A stretch of DNA of 64,000 bases from positions 1 to 64,000 of the forward strand of contig CDMY01000348.1 of NCBI GenBank assembly GCA_001179505.1, in the 5' to 3' direction. Position 1 is the stretch's first letter; every line of letters starts with the position of its first letter. The notes beneath the pieces were generated by a model that did not search any database, was not told the origin of the DNA, and worked only from the letters and a program-made list of their open reading frames with translations. A program made the position numbers and the translations under genes. Shown one piece after another: positions 22,801-36,256 of the stretch. The DNA comes from Vitrella brassicaformis CCMP3155. Its lineage: Eukaryota > Protista > Chromerida.

Positions 22801-25800
22801 CCAGTGGAAGATCTTGTCAAGAGTGTTGCCCGTCATACCTGCACACAGCACACCAGACACACACACATCATCCACACCTCTCTCTCTCTCTCTCTTCGAC
22901 AAGCGTGTCCGTCCGGACTGCCTCACACTCACTTTGGGCAAGGCAGTCGACACTAAGGAAGGACACCGGCAGCACCGTGCCCCACGACACGGCCCTCAGC
23001 CCACTGGACACCCATCCATCCAGCCTAGCCTCGTCAGGGGTCACATTGGACAGCGGAAACACACACGCCGACCAGTTGACCAGGATCTTGAGCGCCGTGG
23101 TGCCCACATCGAATGGCGCTAGGCCCCGCCTGAACTGGAGTGCCGCCCAGATGATGATCAAGAAGGAGAAGAGCAGCAGACAGCCGCCTATCATCCAGAG
23201 GTTGTTGGCGAGAGAGGGGCACACGTGGCAGAATGCGGCACTGTCCTGACTCCAGTACCCTACAAGACACCCACACAGATGGATGGATGGATGGATGACA
23301 ATCGCGCCACCCCCGCCCCCGGCTGGCTTGTTTGTGGTGCCCGGGCCCGGGTTGGCTTACCTGGCCTGCAGGTCCCACAGTATAGCCCCTCCAGCCCCGC
23401 TGCACACTGATTCCGCCCAAGACACCCACGCGGCGACACACGACACTTCTCGATGTTAAGTGTGTGCCCAAGACGATAGTAGCCAGGAGCCGCCTCGGGC
23501 AGCCCACCGAGGGTGAGGTACAGCGAGGACGACTGCAGCGTGCCGCCAGGGGGAAGGACGTTGGCGATAGTGGGTTGCTGCCGGCTGTTGCGGCCATTAT
23601 TGGTGTGCCAGCGGACGGTCCAGCGGTCGTATGGGGCGGGGACGACTGGGTGGTAGAGGGAATGTCTCTCATGCTCATGTCCACTCGTGCTGCTTTCGTT
23701 GGCATGTGTCAGCTCCTGCAGACACGCACACACACATGGACTGACTGCAGCTGGCCGGAGCCGTCTGTCTGTCTGTCTGTCTGTCTCACGTGGAATAGTG
23801 TCAAGAGGTCCGATCCGTCCAGTTCCTTGGCGTTAGCCTCAAACCGGAAAAAGACCGCCGATCCGCTCTCCCCCTCCCCCCTAAAGCCATCCCCCATGTG
23901 TCTGTGCTGCCGTAGGACATCGAGCGCTGTCAGCGGATGGTGGTCGTCATAGTCATCATCATAGCTATCATCCACAGCGCCAACACCGTCGGCATACTCA
24001 TGCTCTCCGTCGACACCTCTCCGCAGCTGTCTCCTCCCTCTCGCACCCTCTCCCCCATGTAGATGATGGAATTCGGTCTCGAGCCAGTTGCTCCGATGCA
24101 CCGTCCCCAGCACCCGATTCACACCCACCCCCAGAGCCCGGGCGGCCGAGGCCACCACATCCTCCCACAGCCAGCTGTCGAGGGTGTCGTCGGTGACCAG
24201 CACCTGTCCGTCCCACCGCAGGACAGGGCCTGCCCACGAGGGGTCGCACACCTCGCCGGAAAGTTCGCGGCACTCGCGGCATCGGACCGCGTCGAAAGAC
24301 CGGTATGTGAGATTGCGAAGCGTGAACTCGTGCCTGTCAAACCGAGGAGAAGGAAGGCATGTCGATGAAATGGGTGCGTGTAAGGGTGTGTGTGTGTGTG
24401 TGTAAGTGTACCTGCAGTAGCATTCTCTGCCCGATGTGGTGGCTGTGTGTTTGGTGGTCATGTCGCTGGCCGGGCAGGGGAGGCAGTCGTGGATGGAGCT
24501 GTCCCCGAAGCCCTCATTGTAGGTGCCCTTAGGGCAGGCAGCGCACACACCGTCTGTCGCATTCTCAAAGTAGAAGAAGTACCCTAGGGGAGCATAACAC
24601 ACACACAACATCCAAGACACCCATACAGACAGACACAGACACATTGGTTGGAGTTCTGTCATGCCTTTCCTCTCTCTCTCTCTCTGCTCACCAGGCTGGC
24701 ACTTGCAGGCCGTCACGGAGTCAGGCAGCGCAACGTCCTTGTAGATGTCGACGTCATCACCCTCCCCAGCCCCTACCCCTGCCGCTGTCCGCTGCTCGGC
24801 AATGTCCGCCAGCCTGCTGGTGTCGACGTGATGGAGATTGTCGAGAGTCGTGGAATAGGCAGGGCATGCGCGGCATTGTGTGGTGCCAAAAGGCATGTCG
24901 TGGTGGGAGTAGGTGCCCGGTGGACAGAGCTTGCAGTCGTCACCGAGCCCATATGTGCCCGGGCGGCATCGGCAGAGCTGTGTGGCGTTGTAAGCGGGGT
25001 CCAGACGGACCACTCTGATAGATACACACCACACACCGACAGACAGACAGGTGGGCTGGGCTTGCTTAATTGTGACTTTGTCAGTCGGTCAATTCTCATT
25101 ATTCACCCACCTGTCTGGCGCACAGGCCTCTGTGCATTCTGCCTTCCACCCCATGGAGCTCCTGACCCGAAAGCCGTCCGCGTCCGCGTAGAGCATCGGC
25201 ACCCATCCCTCTCCCGCCCTCTCCACCCCCAGGCCGTCCCAGTGATCCCCGAACACCTCACAGTTCTGGTTCTCCCGCAGCTGCATCACGGGGCCCTGTA
25301 ACTCCTTGTTGCCCGTGACGTCCACATAGAGCGATTCGAACCATTTTGGGGCGATTTCGACGAGCTGGTTGTTGGCTATGTCGAGAGTGGGAGGTGGGGG
25401 GCCCCCTGTGCGGGTGCCCGGCCAGCCAGTCAGGTGGGTGATGTTGTTGGAGCTCAGCTCCAGACGCACCAGCTGCCGGAAGCCCTGGGCAGTGGAGCAC
25501 CCATCTGTGTCGTCCTCCAACATTTCCCACGCCTCAAAGCCCACACGACCATACAGCCCGGCATTTCGGGCAACTGAAAGAAGCACAGCACACCAGGACG
25601 GACGATAAAATCCTCCCACAACAAATCGGTCTGGTGTGCGTCCCCCACTCCCTCCCTCACCAAGTGCCGCGAGATTCGGCGCCTTGGCGATTGATCTGAG
25701 GAAGGTTGACGCTGACATATTGAGGTTGTTGTGGGAAACTACGAGCCAGTTGAGACTCGGCCAATCGACGCTGACGCCGCCCCTGGCCTCCTCAGACAGC

Positions 25801-27234
25801 ACCTCTGGCGCCACACCACGGCAGGTCAGCCGGTTTGACGCGCCCCACAACGGCCAAGATTGGAGCCTGTTGTTGGCCAGGCCCATATACACTGAATCAA
25901 CACATCAAAGGCAGACACAGTGAACTGACCGACACAGTCTGTCTGCTATTCGACTGGCTGATGTCATGTCTACCCAGGTTTGGGAGGTCTCGCCAGGAGA
26001 AGGGTATCGAGCTGAAGAAATTGTCTGCCAACTCGACGAGCTCAGCCGTCCTGGGCAAAGGCGGCGCCCTTCCTTCGAAGTAGTTGAAGTCTAGATCAAT
26101 CCACTTGAGCCGAGGCATCTCGCCGAACCACTCCGGAACTCGGCCCGCCAGCCGATTGTCGCCCAGGTCCAGCGCCATCAGGCTCGTCATGTTGCGCCAA
26201 GACGGAGGAATCGTACCTGCATTCGCGACGATGGATGCAAGAGGCGGGCCGTCGGAGTGTTGTGGGTGTACCTCTTGCTGTCTGTGCGGTCGGTATCACT
26301 CACTCACCATAGAAGGAGCTCTCCCTCATCACGAGGAAGCGAAGGTTGGTCAAATTGCCGATTGCAGAGGGCAGCGGAGCCCTGACAGACGCAGGCACAA
26401 TCACACACACAGAGCATAGTCAGTCAACCGATCACGCATACATAAAGTCGTGCTGGCTCACCTGATCCGTGTCCTCTCAAAGGCCAGCCCGCGCAGCCGT
26501 GGATAGCCCCCGAACACCTCTAGTGTGTCGGTGTTGTTGTCGACATGCACAAGCTGATCTGTCAGCCACACTACCCTCAGCTTCGACGACTCGGGTGCTT
26601 CCGGCACAGTAAGGGCGCCCTGCAGCGCCCCGCACTGCCGTACAATGAGTCCCAAGATGTGAGGCAGCACCAAAATCCGTGAGGGGAACTCGGTCCACTC
26701 AGACGTCGCGTTGCACCCCGCTCTCTGATCGACTATCAGCAGGTAGCCCAGCTCCGCCCCCCTCTCTGTCTCATTGACCTCAGTCCCCCTCTCCTCTCTC
26801 TCTTCCAAGGTAGTGCAGGCCAGCAGCCTCTCCCGCCTCAGCCCATCACAATACTCGGTCGCATTGCCGGTCCACTCGCCGCCAAGTCCCGTGCCATTGA
26901 ACACTCCCGCTAGCTCCGCAGCGTCACTCTCGCACGCGTCGCACGGCTGGTCGAGGCCGGCCACACGAGTGTAAAGGCCCAGGAAGGACGGCGACAACAG
27001 ACGGGGAGACTCATGGTCGGCGAAGAAGCTCTTGAGCTTCAGGCGCTGGTCGGGGGCCCCCAGTGCATCATCATCCTCGTCAGGTTCTGCATCTGGTAGT
27101 ACATGTTGCCGCAGCTGCCGGCTGAGCGAACGACGCTCAGACGAAGACGGGGAGGGAACGCATAATGCCAGATGGCCGAGTATAACGATGAATAACGCAA
27201 TGCGGTGCAGCATCGGTGTCATCATCACGAGCAT
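19862..27234 (-). CDS. Large secreted-ectodomain multipass membrane protein: signal peptide, LRRs, Cys-rich TNFR/ephrin-like repeats, TRP-like TM region
   Basis: Hydrophobic leader MLHRIALFIVILGHLALC; LRRs LMALDLGDNRLAGRVP, LKWIDLDFNYFEG, LVRLELSSNNIT; CKLCPPGTYS, CAACPKGTYN; RRPFGFLYKEYKPSRWYWETVIVVRK plus several TM helices. Confidence 0.8.
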
Positions 27235-27419
27235 CAAAACATGCCCGCGACGGCAACAGCTGGTGGCTCCAGAAATGAATTGGATCACGCTGACCTTTCA
27301 AGCGAATCTCTCCTGTCATCCGCCGCTTCGGCTTTCACCCGAGTCATGCTCCTCAGCAACTGGGCAGTGCTCAGAACTGCTCCCTCCCGAAAGAAAGCAG
27401 CAAAAGATCTGCAAGCTTA

Positions 27420-27428
27420 AGCTCGCAG
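27420..27428 (+). promoter_or_regulatory. RAGCTCGCR-type motif within TGCAAGCTTAAGCTCGCAG (27410-27428)
   Basis: Lies in divergent gap 27235-27518; near-identical to 52473-52490. Confidence 0.5.
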
Positions 27429-27518
27429 AGCAATATAATTGAGAAGCGGAGAAGAAGAGTTTGGGAGGGCTGACGACCAGCCGCGGGTGCTGTGCTGGCA
27501 GTGCTCAGTACAGATCTA

Positions 27519-29665
27519 ATGTCAGAGGCTCCTTTGGATTACTTCCCATTGTTCCTCAACCTCAAGGGGCGCTCGGCTCTCATCGTCGGCGGTGGCGAGA
27601 TTGCCCATCGCAAGGCGGCCTTGCTGCTCCGCTGCGGCGCACAAGTCACTGTTGTGGCCCCAGATGTCGTCGAGAAGGTCAAGAACCTGCCGCTCGAGTG
27701 GCTGGACGTACCTTATGCCTCGTCCCTGCTTCAGGAGAAGCGCTACATGCTCGTGGTTGCGGCGACGGACAGCCCCTCTGTGAATGAGCAAGTGGCGAGG
27801 GACGCGGAAGAGACCAACGCGCTGGTCAACGTGGTGTCTGACCCATCGCTGTGCAGCTTCATCTTCCCCTCCGTCATCGACCGGTCTCCCGTGGTCATTG
27901 CGGTGTCAACCGGTGGGGCCTCCCCCGTGCTGGCGAGGATGCTCCGGACCAAGCTCGAGTCGCTCATTCCGATGGCTTATGGTCGGCTGGCATCTCTCAT
28001 CGGTCGGTGTCGGGATCGGCTCAAGGCCATGGTAGAGAGCCTCAACGCCAAGAGGGGCTTCTGGGAGGAGGTGATCGAGGGGCCTGTGGCTGAGCTGGTA
28101 AGCTAAGCTGGCCGATGGATGGCGCACGGACAGCCGACTGACAACAGACGGACGTCCTTGCCTGTCTTCTATCTATCAGGTGTTCGCCAACCGCGAGAAT
28201 GACGCCGAAGCACTGCTGGAAACGAAGCTGCGCGAAGCAGCGACAGCCGCCGCGTCTGAGGAAGGACCCACCTGTCCGGCTGCCCCTCGGCCGTCTGCGA
28301 GCGACAGAGAAGCGACCAACGGTGCGATGGCGTCAGGAGCGGAGAAGAGCGGCGGTGTCGGTGAGGTCTATCTGGTGGGGGCTGGGCCTGGAGACCCCGA
28401 CCTGCTCACCTTCAGGTAGTGGAACAAACAGAGGAAACGAACGGAGGACAATATATGGGATAGAGTGACAGACTGGGTGACCATCACTCATGTGCGCATG
28501 TGTGTGTGTGTGGATATGTCACCTCACCACCTGTCAGGGCACTGCGTCTGATGCAGCAAGCCGATGTGGTCGTCTATGACCGACTCGTCTCAAAAGAGGT
28601 GCAGCCACACACACACACAAGAGAAGGGCGCCATTCCTGCCCATTCGCTGCCTGCCTGCCTGCCTGTCCAACTGCAGATTCTCGATCTTTGTCGGCGCGA
28701 CGCCGAGATGATCAACGCCGGGAAGGAACCGAAGCACCACACCATCCCACAAAGCGAGATCAACGACCTCCTGACCCAACTGGCGCTCAAGGGAAGGCGA
28801 GTGCTCAGGTACGTTGGAAGCCACCACACACGTGGCAGCCATGCCATGGGTCGGTGTGTGCACATTGTGTGTGTGTGTGTCCATCCATCCATCCATCCAT
28901 CCATTGGATGCATCGCATTGCATCGCATCGCATTGGCCATCAGGTTGAAGGGCGGCGATCCGTTCATCTTTGGTCGTGGTGGTGAGGAGCTGGTGAAGCT
29001 GTGTGCCCACCAGATCCCCTTCCAGGTGGTGCCGGGCATCACCGCCGCATCGGGATGCAGCGCATACTGTGGGATTCCCCTCACACACCGGTACAGTGGG
29101 CAGCGCACTCACCGACAGACACTTGGCTTGGACGGGATGGGAGTGTGTGCTTGTGTGTGTGTGTGTGTGTGCAGGGACTACGCGCAGTCGGTTCGTTTTT
29201 TGACTGGCCATGCGCGTGAGGACCATGTGCTGGAGCTGCCGTGGGACAATCTGGTGCACAGCAACAGGGAGACACTCGTATTCTACATGGGCATGGTGAG
29301 GGACGGAGGGAGGGAGGGAGGGCGATATCACCCACACACCAGCAACTCTTACAGATCGTCTGCATCTGCCTGTCTGCCTGTGTGTCTGTCTGTCTGTGTG
29401 TGTGTGTGTGTTGCGTCTGTCTCAGCTGAGTCTGGGTAAGATCTTCAGCGAGCTGATAAGCCACGGGATGCCGCCAGCGCGCCCGGCAGCTGTGGTGCAG
29501 CAGGGCACCACCCCCGAGCAGAGGGTGCTGGTCGGCACGCTGGAGAGCCTGCCTGGGCTGGTGGAGAGTGCCGATCCGAAGATCAAGCCGCCTGCTCTGG
29601 TGATCGTTGGGGAGGTGGTGGGCCTGCACAAGAAGCTCTGGTGGTTTGGCCAGCCGGCTGACTGA
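27519..29665 (+). CDS. cysG: Siroheme synthase (precorrin-2 dehydrogenase/ferrochelatase + uroporphyrinogen-III C-methyltransferase), 7 exons
   Basis: [102 protein letters not shown] introns 28098-28179, 28416-28537, 28599-28677, 28809-28943, 29091-29174, 29296-29425. Confidence 0.97.
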
Positions 29666-30068
29666 CTGACTGACTGATAGATTGCAGGCAGACAAGAGGG
29701 GAGGGGAGGGGTCAGAGCGTTTTTGTCGATATGAACGTGCTTTTGCTATGGGCGACTGACTTTGGGCATCTGGATCATTGCCGTTACCTGTCGCTGTGCA
29801 TTGCCATGTGGATGTAAAGGACCCCCGTGTGTGTGTAATGTGTCAAGCATCCGAGTGAGGGCATAACGAGACACTACACGGCTGACCACCACAGATGAAG
29901 GAATCCTCCGGCCGGCCCATCGCAAGTCTCATGGGATGTCCAGTCAGCTTACTTGCAAACGCATGCAAACAAATACACAAATAGATGCGTATCTGTCTGT
30001 CTCTGTCCGCCCACTGACAGCAAGTCAGTCAGTCTATTCACAGACACACACACTCAGCCAGCCAGCCG

Positions 30069-33000
30069 TCACTGTATCCGCCCCTCTTCGCCACACACAG
30101 CGGTCGCATGGGAGGGGGCGGGTGGGTCGGCCGGAGGCGAGACGTCCACAACAAAGTAGCGCCCACTATAGATCGACGAAGCGTCAAACCTGCACACGAA
30201 TGCATTCAGAGCCCTTTGCTTTCTATGGTCAATTGCCACCCACACGCAACCGACGCACCTTTCAGGGTTTCTCACACCATCCCTCCGAAACGGTGCATGG
30301 CCCTTCGACCGCCTGGGGGTGACCTCTGTCATTCCGCCGCGAAGGTGATAGAGGGGGCCGAGGGTGAAGTCACAGGGCGCTCGCTCAGCGGACGGGTCGC
30401 GTGACTTGAGCCGCTGTCTGATCGACAAGAGCCGAGGCGGCAGGCCCTCACTTTTCTGGGGGGCCGTTGAATGACACGCTGGGACATCGCCGGGCGGTGT
30501 CACCCTGATGGTCGGCCGACCGCTTTCGGCGCGTGCTTCCCCCGGCTGCTGAGGTGCTGTCATGGTGTCGAAGGCCGGTGGCCTAGACCATCCCAGAGGC
30601 GCATAAGACCGTCGATCGCGCTGTCGGCCGTTCTTCGGCTGGCCAAATGAGTTGGGGTGCCGAGGTGGCCTGCGATAATAACGATGGCTGGGATCGGACA
30701 CGGGGGACGGCTGGTGCGATGGGTCGATGCCGAACGTTTCGGGCTCCATTGGTGTGGGCGGCCGACGGACAGGCGGCTGCATTGGTCGAATGAAACCATC
30801 CCCCCTCTCTCTCCCTCTGCTGCCTTGCCCCACCAGCTGTGCGTACGAGCTGGCCATATGGCGCATCGGAAATGGGGGAGGGGTGAAGGTCAGCGTGGCC
30901 GTATCGATGGCCTTCGGATGGTGCCAATCGGCTCGGCTGTCGACTGGAGGCCGCTCTGGCTCCTGAGGTGTGTGGGGGGTATCCTGCTCGCTGGGCCGGT
31001 CGATCAGCTGTGGGGTCTGCTGCTGGATGCCGAGCTGCTGCTCGAGTCGGCAGATATGAGTGTTTTGGGCGAGGAGGCGGTCGAGCAGGCACTGGATGAT
31101 GGCGGGCGCCTCGTTCGTGAGGTCGGTGTTGGTCTGCTGGTCCGCGAGTGGCGCGGCGTCGAACGACGTGGCCTTGTTGAGCACGCTGAAAGAAAAGGAA
31201 GGAACACGGCAGATGTTGTGAGTGACGTGGATCGAGGTGCCTGTGCCACCGTCTCTTGTGTGTGAGCTGTTCGCACCTTGAGAGCACATCCATTGTCTCC
31301 TTCCTGTCCTGTCTGGCTGATGCAATGCCATCACGTGCAGCCCTCGCAGCCTGCATCGCATCGCTGTCTTTGCTGTCTTCAGCGAGGCTCTCCACGCCCT
31401 TGGCCTCCTCTTCAGTCGCCCGAGCTTCGGTGCTGCCTGTTGGCTGACCCTCGGTGGTCGTCAGCCCTCTCTCCTTCCCGGCCGCCTCGTGAGCCCTCCG
31501 ACATTCCGTCACGCTTTGATGGGTCGAAGGCGCCATGACGCAGACAGCTATGCGTTCATCGGTGGACCGGAAGATTCCACGTGCGGCCTCTTGCCCTGGG
31601 GACTTGTCTGCTGGCCGCGGTGGCGGCCGAGTGTCGGTGCTCTCTCCGAAAGAGAAGGTCTCCTGAAGGCGAGAGTGGGGGCTGCCCTCTGGCTCGTCGC
31701 GGGTGGCGGCCGTGGTGCGACTCGCCATCAGGTCGGGAATGGGTAGCTGGGCTGTGTCGTGGGGCATGAGGTGCTGCAGACTGATGGCGCGGCTGACCTT
31801 GGCAGCGTGCTCGGTGACCTCCTTTTGCCGCTGCTCCAGGTGGGTCAGCTGCTGTCTGAGGGAAGTGACGCGGCCCTCCCTTTTCTGCCAGTCTCGCAGG
31901 TGGCCCTGGTGATCGCAGGTGAGCTTCTGCTCCAGCTCGCGAAGGCGCATAAGTTGCTGCATAAAGACAGACAGACAGACAGCTCGCCTCAATGTCGGAC
32001 GCTACACTCAGGGTATCTGTACCTCACCTGCTCAATGGATGACCTCGATGCTGCCCCAGCTCCCCCAGTACAATCCTGGTCCCTCTTGACAGACGCCTGC
32101 CGCTGCTGCAAGGTTCCCTCCAGCCTGTCGATTTCTGCCTCCACTCCACGAAGCTCCCCCTGCGCATCAGCAGCACCGTCGCCTCCATCAATCTGCCGCT
32201 GCAGCTGGGCCCTTCTCTGGAAACATCTGTGCAGCTGCTGGTACTCGGCAGGTGCACCGGGGGTGGCGGCGAGAGCACCCACACCGCCGACGTATGCGCT
32301 GTGGGCTTGCTCAAGATTCTGGGAGAGGGTCTCGTACCTGCTCTGGTATGATGACAGCTGGTCCTGTTGGCAACAGGACAGTTTATTGACGTGCAGTGAG
32401 TGACAACGGTGATGTGGTGAGCATATTGCTGACCTCTGCGTCCTTGAGCTGTTTCTCGAGCCGCTCCCTCTCCTCGGCTAGCGCGCCGTTTTGGCCCTGA
32501 AGCTCACCCAGCCGACGCCGCAACTCCTCGTTAAACGAGCTCTCCTCACCCAATGCTGGCTGCTGCTGCTGCCGCCGCTGCTGCGATGGACTCCTCTCGC
32601 GGCCACTCTCCACAATTGGGATTGAGGCCGGCTCGGCGGTGCTCCTGGTCACCACGGGAGTGTGTTGAGTCTCTTGTTGGGTCTCGTCGGCAGGCTTGGA
32701 TAGACTGGCCTTGGGTGTGGGCTCAGATTGAGGCTGCGACTTCTGTGATGCACCTAGGGCCGGTGGTGCTTCGGTTGGGCCGCTTTCGTCAAGAAGATTG
32801 GCGACATCAGCATTAGCATTAGCATCAACAGGCGCAGGAGGGACCATAGCGACAGCTGGCCGATCTCTCCGTCCTTCCCTGATGGCCTCAACCTTCCTGG
32901 CCACCTCGTCCTCCTGCTCGTGCGCCATCCTAGTCTCGATGACAGGGGTGGCGAACTTGTTGAAAGAGAAGGGCACGAAGGGCGGGATTTTGAGCAGCTC

Positions 33001-36000
33001 GGACGGCCGCAGATTCTCATCTCCGAGGTGCGGGCTCATGTTGCCCACTTGCGAGAGCGAGACGGAATCGTCGTCATATGCCGGTAGTGGGGGTGGGAAG
33101 GGGCAGGGGAGGGGAGGAGCGACGGCCTTGTCCCCACTCCCATCACCACTCATTCGGTGTGGCAGCATGAACGCGGTGGCCTCAGAGGAGGCGTACAGGG
33201 GGGTGGACTCCGGCTGCCACGGTGCTGTCGTGCGGCTCTGGGATGCGACGGGCGACAAGGCTTGACTGCCCGCTGTCTTGTGGGACGCCTTGGTTTCTCC
33301 AGTGGCGGCACGGGTGGCGTGGACAGGGATGCGGGGTGAGGCCAAGAATGGGGAGGCGTGGGCTGGGGACGGAGCAAGGGCTTCTAGCTGCTGCGATTCA
33401 TAAGCAAGACGCTCTGGTCAGTAAAGACACACAAACCATGCAGGGCGATATCGATGCGTCTGTCGGTCCTCCGTGTTTTTGCACCACCCACCATCGATCT
33501 GTCCCGTCGACAGGGTGTCTGCGCTCGGCGAGAAGGTCTGTGGCGACGACATGAAGCTGAAGGGCCGCTCGCCACTGCCTTCGGCATCCGCAGCCCTCTC
33601 CCTCTCGCCACCTCCGCCCACCCCTGCCTCTTTGGCCAGAGCAGCCAGCGACACGAAATCCGATGACAATCCGCCACCTTGCTGCTCGTCTGGACGAGAG
33701 GAGCTGCGGACGACAACCGTTGGGATCTTGCCCCCACCCCCACCATCAGCTGATGGGCTGCCCGGCGACGGCTGATTGGACTGATCACTCGTCTGCACCC
33801 GTCCAATGTCGTCGAAGCTCAGCTCGACCTCCACGCTAAAAGGGTCGCCCAGTTCCCCTCCTGCCCCTTGCGCAGCCACTACCACCTCGACCTCCTCTTG
33901 CGCGGGGCCGTCGGTTGCCAATGGTCTCGGCTCGTCATCGATACAACTATGGGGGCCGTGCGATTGGGCGGCGGTGTCGACATGTGAGCGCGAAGGCGGG
34001 GCAGGCGGCGTAATGCGATAGGACTCATCCGGATGCGATGGCGATGGCGCCGGTGCGTCGTGTGCGGAATGGCTGTCAGGAGGGGGCTGAGGGTCCGCGA
34101 CGACGGGAGAAGAGGGGCCGGAAGCAGGCTCGTCATGCGCCACTGTGTGAGGTGGCTGGGCGAGGGCCGCGCGAGGGGAGGGCCTCTCTGCATGATCCGC
34201 CGTGCTGTCGAGCCCTTCGTCAAGCGGCAGACCCGCCGTGCTCTCTCCAATCTCCCTCTGATCTCGGCGGTCCGCAGCAGCCTTGCCGCCTTGTCCGCTC
34301 GCCATCAAGACGTCCTCCAGCACTCTCACGTCAGACAGCCGGCTCCCGCTCAGTGCGGGCGGTCCTCCCATATGACTCGGCCCCGCCTTCTCCTTCTTGG
34401 CCACACCATGGACAGCCGAAACGCCCGACGACGCAGTGCGGAAGCTGCCCATCTCCATGCTCACATGGGAGGGGTGCCGGAAGCGGCCTAAGCTCCCGTC
34501 CGTCGCGCCGCCATCGAAGGCGGCAGGAGGGCCGAATCCAATGATCGGGCTCTGGCCGAGCTCTCTCCTCCTCTGCTGCTGCGGGTGAACGTGTGTGGTG
34601 TGTGTGGGAGGGGAGGTGTATGTGGTGTCTGCGGGCGGGATGGACTCGGTCGCCGAGAGAGTGACAGCCGGCGTGACGGACTGCGATGGCGGGTGGACGG
34701 GGAAGCTGCCGGATGAGTCCGTCGAGTGGGGGTCCACACCCACGGAAACAAACGTCCTGACAGTGAAGACAAGACCGACCATGTAGAAGAGAGCAGCAGG
34801 ATCGTAGGCCTGTTGGCCGTGTGTGTTGCTCACCTGCCATCTGGCGCCATGGTGTGCCCGTTGTGGGGGTGTGGTGGTAGGGGAGGAAGACCGTGGCCGT
34901 TCCTCTCTCCCCGCCGTGATGACAGCCTCCGGGCAGATGAGGCAGAGGAGGGAGTCTCGAGAGCACGGTCGATTTTGGAGAACTCAACCTGCACACGCCA
35001 CGCCCACGTGCTATAGATACACACCGATCAAGGCACCCCGATCCCCCCTCCTCACTCACCTCCTGCTTGACGCGCGCAAGCTCTTCAGTGGTCTCAGCTA
35101 GCGTCTTCATTTTCTCCTCCATGAATCTGTGCATGGCGGACAGCTGATCCCTCAATGACATGTTCTCCGCCTCGAGCAGCTTGTTCATCCCCGTATCCCC
35201 ATGGGTCTCGTCCCACGTCCTCGCCCCACGCAGCCGGGACGGTGTGGCCATGGCCATGGCCGTGGCCGCCTGGCTGACCATCATATTGCCCGTGCTGTTC
35301 CTCCTCTCCATGGCCTGGCGGGCCGTCTCCCTCTCCTTCGCCCTCACGTGCTCTCCATCAAGTCGCGCCAGCTTCGGGAAGAGGACCAGTATCTGCTGCC
35401 TTGCGTAGCTCTGAGAGACCAGCGGGTTGCCGGCAATCGACAGGTCAGCGAGAGCTGGGCAGCGCGTGAGCCGTCTGAGGGCCTTGACGGTCGCCAATTG
35501 ATTGTGGGAGAAGTCCACCTGAAGGCACAAGCAGCAATGATATGCGTCACCTGCATGAACACATTGCTCGGTGCTCGGCTCGGCATACACTTCGCAGGGC
35601 GGTGAGATTGTGCATGCCGTCAGGGAGCGAGGTAATGGCGTTGCGGCTAAGGTCGAGTGACTCGAGGCAAGTGAGGGCCAAGACAAACTCGCAACTCCTC
35701 AGCCCACACGACCGCAGACGAAGAACCTGACCCACAGACAAGACAGATAGACAAGGGAAGAATGTCACATCAACGTGATGTGTCAGGTGTCAGAAAACGG
35801 AATGCTTACCTGCAGTGTGCTGCCGATTAGGCTGAGGTTATCCAGCAGCTCCGCACTGATTGTCTGGCGCTGAAACTCCAGCTGCCGCAGCACCCTCGCC
35901 TCCCGCAGAGCCTCCGGGCAGCCCAACAGGTCATGCAGCCTCACATGCATGTCATTGAGCACCTCCACTCTATCAATCGGGGCAAACGCAGCATCCTCGA

Positions 36001-36037
36001 TCTGCTCCTTCAGGACCATCGCCGCCTCTTCCTCCAT
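30069..36037 (-). CDS. N-terminal LRR + LRRcap, low-complexity and coiled-coil protein (possibly centriolar/ciliary)
   Basis: LESLDLSRNAITSL, VDFSHNQL, LADLSIAGNPLVSQSYARQQILVLFPKLARLDG; heptad-rich exons in ORFs 32383-33345, 31989-32282 and 30583-31992. Confidence 0.75.
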
Positions 36038-36107
36038 TGCGACTCTGACTGAGACAAACTTGATTGAGACTGTGATTACGTCAAATAGCAGGGGGGCTGA
36101 TCAGTAT

Positions 36108-36116
36108 GAGCTCGCG
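36108..36116 (+). promoter_or_regulatory. RAGCTCGCR motif (GAGCTCGCG)
   Basis: In divergent gap 36038-36256. Confidence 0.45.
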
Positions 36117-36256
36117 CCGCCAGCGCCCCGCGATCAAGGCCGCGATCGGAAGGAAAAGGGACGCTGAAGGACGGAAAGGAAGGAAAAGACGAACACCAGA
36201 ACACAAAAGTGACGGCAATTCGAGTTGCAACTCATCCCAAAGTTCGAGTGAATCAG

